This document shows, piece after piece, positions 59,961-64,000 of a stretch of DNA of 64,000 bases. This DNA comes from Dehalococcoidia bacterium. Its GTDB lineage: Bacteria > Chloroflexota > Dehalococcoidia > Lucifugimonadales > Australimonadaceae. The notes below the pieces were generated by a model. That model did not search any database, was not told the DNA's origin, and saw only the letters and a list, made by a program, of their open reading frames with translations. The translations under genes were made by a program, and so were the position numbers. Location: NCBI GenBank assembly GCA_963668465.1, contig OY764542.1:2688520-2752519 (forward strand), written 5' to 3'. The stretch's first letter is position 1; each line of letters starts with the position of its first letter.

Positions 59961-61274
59961 ATGGTTGAGGAGCAGCAGCCCGCCCGGAGCGCGGAGCAGG
60001 GGGACGAGGTTCCCGCTTTCGCGGGAATGACGGACCCCGGAGGCACAGGAACGGCGAGACGGCGGCGCTGGTTGCCGCGGACGTTCGATGCGCTCGAGTC
60101 CCCCGCGTACCGCAGCTACTTCATCGCGATGCTCTTCTACTTCGGCGCGATGCAGGCGACGATGCTGGCGCGCCCACTTCTGGCGTACGACCTCGCGGAC
60201 CGTGCGCCCATCGTCCTCGGCATCGTGATCGCGGCGAACAACGCGCCGTCGCTCGTGCTGTCGCCGTTCGCAGGGGCGCTCGCGGACCGGGTCTCGATGC
60301 GGAACATCCTCATCGTCGCGGCGGGGTTGATGGCCGTGTTCGCGGGCATCACGGCGGTCGGCATCGCGATGGACGTGCTGGAGTGGTGGCACGTCATGGT
60401 GATCGGGGTCTTCCAGGGCTCCGTGATGGTGTTCATCACGCCGTCGCGCCGCGCCATCATCGGCGGGCTGGTGGAAGAGCGGCACCTGCTGAACGCGACG
60501 GGCCTGCACACGATGTCGCAGAACGCCAACCGGACGTTGCTGCCGCTGGTGGCGGGCGTGCTGTTCGCGCGGGCAGGAGCGGAGTGGGCGTACGTCCTCA
60601 TCGTCGGGCTGTACGTCGTGGGGCTGGGCCTGATGTTCTTCACGCCGATGCAGGGCGCGGGCGCCGCGCGCAGGCGGAACCGCAGCAGCTCGCCGCTGGA
60701 GGGCTTCCGCTACGTGTGGCAGGCGCCCCCCATCCGCACCCTCATCCTGGCCGGTTTCGTCATCACGGTGTTCGGCCAGCCGTTCCAGCACCTGCTGCCG
60801 CTGGCGCAGGACCTGCTCCAGATAGAGGCGGACGGCGTGGGGCTGCTCGTCACGTTCTTCGGGCTGGGGTCGTTGTTCGGCTCGACGGCGGCTGCGTCGC
60901 TGGGCGACTTCCAGCGGAAGGGACTGCTGTTGATCGGCTTCTTCACGCTGTTCGGCGCGGGCGTGGTCGGGTTCGCGGTATCGAGCTGGTACGTGCTGTC
61001 GCTGCTGCTCATGCTGCCCATCGGCATCGGCCACTCCGGGCGGACGGTCGTCCACCTCGCGGCATTGCAGACGTACTCAGAGAACGAGATGCGCGGCCGG
61101 GTGCAGGCGCTGAACGCGATGATGGGCGGCCTGATACCCGTGGCGATCCTCGGCATCACGGGGCTGGCGGAGCTGTTCGGGGGGCGCATCGCGCTGGCGT
61201 CGGCGGGGAGCGTCATCCTGGCCTACGGCGTATGGGAGACGTTGTTCTCACGGACGCTGCGGTCGATGCGGTAG
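59961..61274 (+). CDS. MFS transporter
   Basis: 437-aa ORF with 12 hydrophobic segments. The first ~25 codons translate a family B REP (VPAFAGMT, 60009-60031), so the real start is probably downstream, for example in-frame TTG 60072. Confidence 0.82.
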   Translation: MVEEQQPARSAEQGDEVPAFAGMTDPGGTGTARRRRWLPRTFDALESPAYRSYFIAMLFYFGAMQATMLARPLLAYDLADRAPIVLGIVIAANNAPSLVLSPFAGALADRVSMRNILIVAAGLMAVFAGITAVGIAMDVLEWWHVMVIGVFQGSVMVFITPSRRAIIGGLVEERHLLNATGLHTMSQNANRTLLPLVAGVLFARAGAEWAYVLIVGLYVVGLGLMFFTPMQGAGAARRRNRSSSPLEGFRYVWQAPPIRTLILAGFVITVFGQPFQHLLPLAQDLLQIEADGVGLLVTFFGLGSLFGSTAAASLGDFQRKGLLLIGFFTLFGAGVVGFAVSSWYVLSLLLMLPIGIGHSGRTVVHLAALQTYSENEMRGRVQALNAMMGGLIPVAILGITGLAELFGGRIALASAGSVILAYGVWETLFSRTLRSMR

Positions 61275-61285
61275 GGCGTTCTCAC

Positions 61286-61497
61286 GTGGTTCGACAGGCT
61301 CACCATGAGCGGATGGGGGGGTTACTCAGGTGGTTCGACAGGCTCACCATGAGCGGATGAACAGGGGTTACTCACATCGATGGACAGGCTCACATCGGGA
61401 AGCGCGACGTTGGTGAGTGCAAGGTCTGTCTCGGCTGAGGCCGGTGGCGCACGTGTGACCTGCCGGTCACCTGGATTCCCGCCTTCGCGGGAATGAC
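61286..61497. repeat. composite REP cluster (family C x2 plus partial copy, family B)
   Basis: Family C at 61286-61312 and 61330-61357, a partial copy at 61381-61397, and family B at 61474-61497. Confidence 0.85.
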
Positions 61498-61514
61498 GAG
61501 GATTGGGGGGCAGG

Positions 61515-61913
61515 TCAGCGGGAGCGGGGGAGGCGCCAGGTGCGGTCGATGTTGTCCCAGCCGATGTGGCCGTAGAAGGCGTGTCCCTCCTCGCTGGAGT
61601 GGAGCATGATGGTGCACTCCTCGCTGGCCTCCTCGCGGAAGCGGCGGAGGAGTTCGCGGCCGATGCCCATGCGCTTGTAGGGCGCGGCGACGGCGAGTTC
61701 CGTCACGAGCGCGTAGACGGCGTAGTCGGCGAGGCCGCGCACCATGCCGACGAGCGCATCGCCGTCACGTGCGGTGACGATGACGTCGGCGTTGCGGAGC
61801 ATGCGCTCGACGCGGGTGAGGTCGTCGAGGGGTCGGTTGAAGCCACCGGCGCGCAGGAGGTTGGCGACTTCGGCTGCGGCGGGGATGTCGGTTGTGGAGT
61901 AGGTGATGGGCAT
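61515..61913 (-). CDS. GNAT family N-acetyltransferase
   Basis: 132-aa ORF. Acetyl-CoA motif A region ELAVAAPYKRMGIGRELLRRF. GAGGAG lies 8 nt upstream. Confidence 0.85.
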   Translation of the reverse strand: MPITYSTTDIPAAAEVANLLRAGGFNRPLDDLTRVERMLRNADVIVTARDGDALVGMVRGLADYAVYALVTELAVAAPYKRMGIGRELLRRFREEASEECTIMLHSSEEGHAFYGHIGWDNIDRTWRLPRSR

Positions 61914-61930
61914 ATTGCGTGCTCCTCTGG

Positions 61931-62053
61931 GGAGGGCGGTTCGCGAACCGCCCCTACGATGGCCGTGAGGTTGCGCCTGTCAGAACGTGGCGGACAGAGG
62001 CGCGCCTTCACCCCCATCCTGGCCTTCCCCCATCAAGGGGGAAGGGATCAGAG
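61931..62053. repeat. composite REP cluster (family A + inverted family D)
   Basis: Family A at 61931-61957 and family D at 62007-62053. Confidence 0.85.
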
Positions 62054-62144
62054 GTCGTCGTTTGTTCCTTGACACTCTCCTCTGCCAATCCTACGATTCC
62101 CGTGCTCCGTGCGGAAGGCGCGCACGGCACGAAAGGAGCGGGTT

Positions 62145-63362
62145 ATGCCGGAGGAGAATGTCCGACAAGACAGGCTGGGAGGGAGAGCGACACGGCGGAA
62201 CATCGGCGGTCGCGACCTGACCGGTGCGGGCGATATCGACTACAAGTACATCTCTGCGGACAACCACATAGACCTCGTCTGGTATCCGCACGACATCATC
62301 CAATCGCGTATCGAACCGGAGTTCAGGGAGAAGGCGCCGAGGGTCGTCGAGTCGCACAAGGGCACAGCGTGGGCGTGGGAAGACGACATCCACGCGTTCG
62401 CCGCCGACGGCAAGGACTGGGCGAACCACGCCAAGCGGTTCCAGCCCATCGAGGTCGAGGAGGGCCGGCTGCCTCCGTCCGACCCGGAGATCCTGCTCCA
62501 TCACATGGACATCGGCGAGTTCTACGCGGGCGTGTACTACGGGAACACGCGCAAGTGGGTGTTCAAGGACAAGGAACTGGAGAAGGCGGTCTACCGGGCG
62601 TTCAACGACTGGGCGGTGGAGCTGTGCTCCTACGCCCCGGACCGGTTGATCGTGCTGCCGTGGTTGCACGCAGCCTTCCCCGAGACGTGCGCTACAGAGG
62701 TCTACCGGCTCGCCGACCAGGGCATCCGCGCCGTCGAGCTCAGCCCGAACGACATGGCCGAGGGCGTCTGGTCGCCCGTATGGGAGCCTGTGTGGGCAGC
62801 GGCTGAAGAGACGGGCATGGTGATCTGCGCGCACATCGGCGACGCGGCAGGCACACCGTACCCGCCGAACGAGCACGGGCAGTCGCTCGCGCACTTCTCG
62901 CAGGTGCCGTTCAACCCGGCGGGGAAGCACATCGCCCAGTACGTGTTCAACGGCATGTTCGACCGCCACCCGAACCTGCACGTTTCCATGGCGGAGTGCC
63001 GCATCGGCTGGCTGCCCTTCCTCTTCCAGTGGATGCGGCGCTGCTACAACGACCGTGTCCCCGACACGATCCACCAGATGGAGCAGGAGCCGATGCACTA
63101 CCTCAAGAAGAACATGTCCTTCACGTTCGAGGAGGACTACATCGGCGCGAAGATGATCCCCGACCCCGAGTTCCTGATCCGCGACAGCGTCATCTGGGGC
63201 TGCGACTACCCGCACGAGCAGGGGCAGACGTGGCCGGACGCCACGCCCGCGATGGAGCGGATGTTCACCGGCGTGGACCCGGACCTCGTGCACGAGGTCG
63301 TATGGGGGCGGTCGCAGCGCATCTTCGGCATCAAGGGACCGAACGGGTCGAACGGGGGTTAG
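62145..63362 (+). CDS. amidohydrolase-2 (ACMSD/LigW-like) family protein
   Basis: Start ATG 62145, 7 nt after AAGGAG. ISADNHID start motif, CAHIG, and C-terminal VIWGCDYPHEQG. Confidence 0.87.
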   Translation: MPEENVRQDRLGGRATRRNIGGRDLTGAGDIDYKYISADNHIDLVWYPHDIIQSRIEPEFREKAPRVVESHKGTAWAWEDDIHAFAADGKDWANHAKRFQPIEVEEGRLPPSDPEILLHHMDIGEFYAGVYYGNTRKWVFKDKELEKAVYRAFNDWAVELCSYAPDRLIVLPWLHAAFPETCATEVYRLADQGIRAVELSPNDMAEGVWSPVWEPVWAAAEETGMVICAHIGDAAGTPYPPNEHGQSLAHFSQVPFNPAGKHIAQYVFNGMFDRHPNLHVSMAECRIGWLPFLFQWMRRCYNDRVPDTIHQMEQEPMHYLKKNMSFTFEEDYIGAKMIPDPEFLIRDSVIWGCDYPHEQGQTWPDATPAMERMFTGVDPDLVHEVVWGRSQRIFGIKGPNGSNGG

Positions 63363-63366
63363 ACGC

Positions 63367-64000
63367 TTGGCCGAGAACCGACACAAGAAAGAAGTCCTGC
63401 TCGGCGACGAGCGCAACCGGCAGATGGCCGCCGTGCTCCGGTACGGCCCCTACGTCTTCCTCTCCAGCTCCGACGGCTACCGTGACATCGACACGCAGCA
63501 GGTCAACACGGAGCTGGACGGGCAGGCGATACCGCAGTGCAACAACGCCTACGGGCGGCAGGCGCGGCGGCTGGAGCAGGTGGGATACGGCGGCGACGCC
63601 ACAGTGTGGATAGAGAACTTCACGTCCGGACAGTCGTGGCGCCTGGAACGCATGGCGACGTGGCCGGACCACTTCGGCGAGGAAGGCCACAAGCTCGCGG
63701 TGAGCTTCGGGGCGCAGTGCAAGATGGCGGGCGTGAACATGCTCACCGCCGTCGTGATGGCGATGACGCCGGACCTCGAGCGGGAGGTGTTCGTGCACCA
63801 GCCGCACCGGGGACGGGCGTCGCGCATCACGCGCTGCGGCGACTTCACGTACGTCATCGGCGTGCGTGGGCGCTCCAACCCCTTCACGGACGAGGAGGCC
63901 GCCGAGGAGGTGCCGGAGCAGTTCAGCACAGAGCTGTTCTACACCTACGAGTGGCTGCGCTCGCACCTGGAGAAGGGGGGCGGGAGCCTGGACGACCTCG
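63367..64000 (+). CDS. RidA/YjgF-like family protein, partial (runs off window end)
   Basis: Absent from the ORF track because it has no stop in the window. The frame is open from TTG 63367 to 64000 with strong GC3 bias. Product LAENRHKKEVLLGDERNRQMAAVLRYGPYVFLSSSDGY ... ITRCGDFTYVIGVRG suggests two RidA-like halves. Start codon uncertain. Confidence 0.5.
   Translation, partial: MAENRHKKEVLLGDERNRQMAAVLRYGPYVFLSSSDGYRDIDTQQVNTELDGQAIPQCNNAYGRQARRLEQVGYGGDATVWIENFTSGQSWRLERMATWPDHFGEEGHKLAVSFGAQCKMAGVNMLTAVVMAMTPDLEREVFVHQPHRGRASRITRCGDFTYVIGVRGRSNPFTDEEAAEEVPEQFSTELFYTYEWLRSHLEKGGGSLDDL

Overview
High-GC bacterial chromosomal segment; two ordinary coding lines I counted by hand gave about 62% G+C. 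I support about 58 protein-coding genes and three tRNAs (Ser-GGA, Ser-CGA, Arg-CCG). There is no rRNA, no CRISPR array and no intact mobile element. Much of the window is housekeeping and central metabolism. A long minus-strand run reads MOSC, dprA, topA, xerC/D, aroQ, M24 peptidase, efp, xseA, with ATGA-type overlaps at MOSC/dprA, xerC-D/aroQ and aroQ/M24 peptidase. Other core genes are glmU, aminopeptidase N, icd-mdh, ilvA, an acyl-CoA carboxyltransferase and ftsZ. The succinate dehydrogenase/fumarate reductase is non-classical: flavoprotein, Fe-S subunit and a CCG-domain subunit, with no haem-b anchor. The accessory part is rich in aromatic-acid style functions: a TctC/TctA/TctB transporter followed by two tandem UbiD paralogs, UbiX, a PNPOx-like protein and DUF3179. 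It also holds a lone molybdo-hydroxylase large subunit, two amidohydrolase-2 paralogs, a cupin, a CMD-family protein and a RidA-like protein. The most unusual items are: (1) a ZnuA/AztC-type metal-binding protein split by a ~450-aa insertion, made of two His/Asp/Glu tracts around a propeller-like domain; (2) FtsZ with a ~130-aa N-terminal XRE-like HTH extension, start-overlapped with a sigma-region-4-like gene; (3) two tandem stem-loops in the 590-bp ilvA leader with unrelated stems but identical loops; (4) a secreted acidic protein made almost wholly of Ca-binding-type repeats, including 7 near-identical 84-bp units, overlapping a kinase-fold gene; (5) a collagen-like (GXY)20 lipoprotein and its paralog; (6) a low-GC metalloprotease-like module fused to a native-GC Pro/Thr linker; (7) a lone phage terminase large subunit carrying an in-frame REP insertion, near an orphan HigA antitoxin; (8) at least six families of short palindromic intergenic repeats. 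Many long ORF-track entries are antisense or 5-prime-extension artefacts of the high GC content. Lipobox-Cys plus Pro/Thr-linker lipoproteins and the repeat families suggest a monoderm, possibly Chloroflexota-like, organism. That is inference only and cannot be established without a database search.
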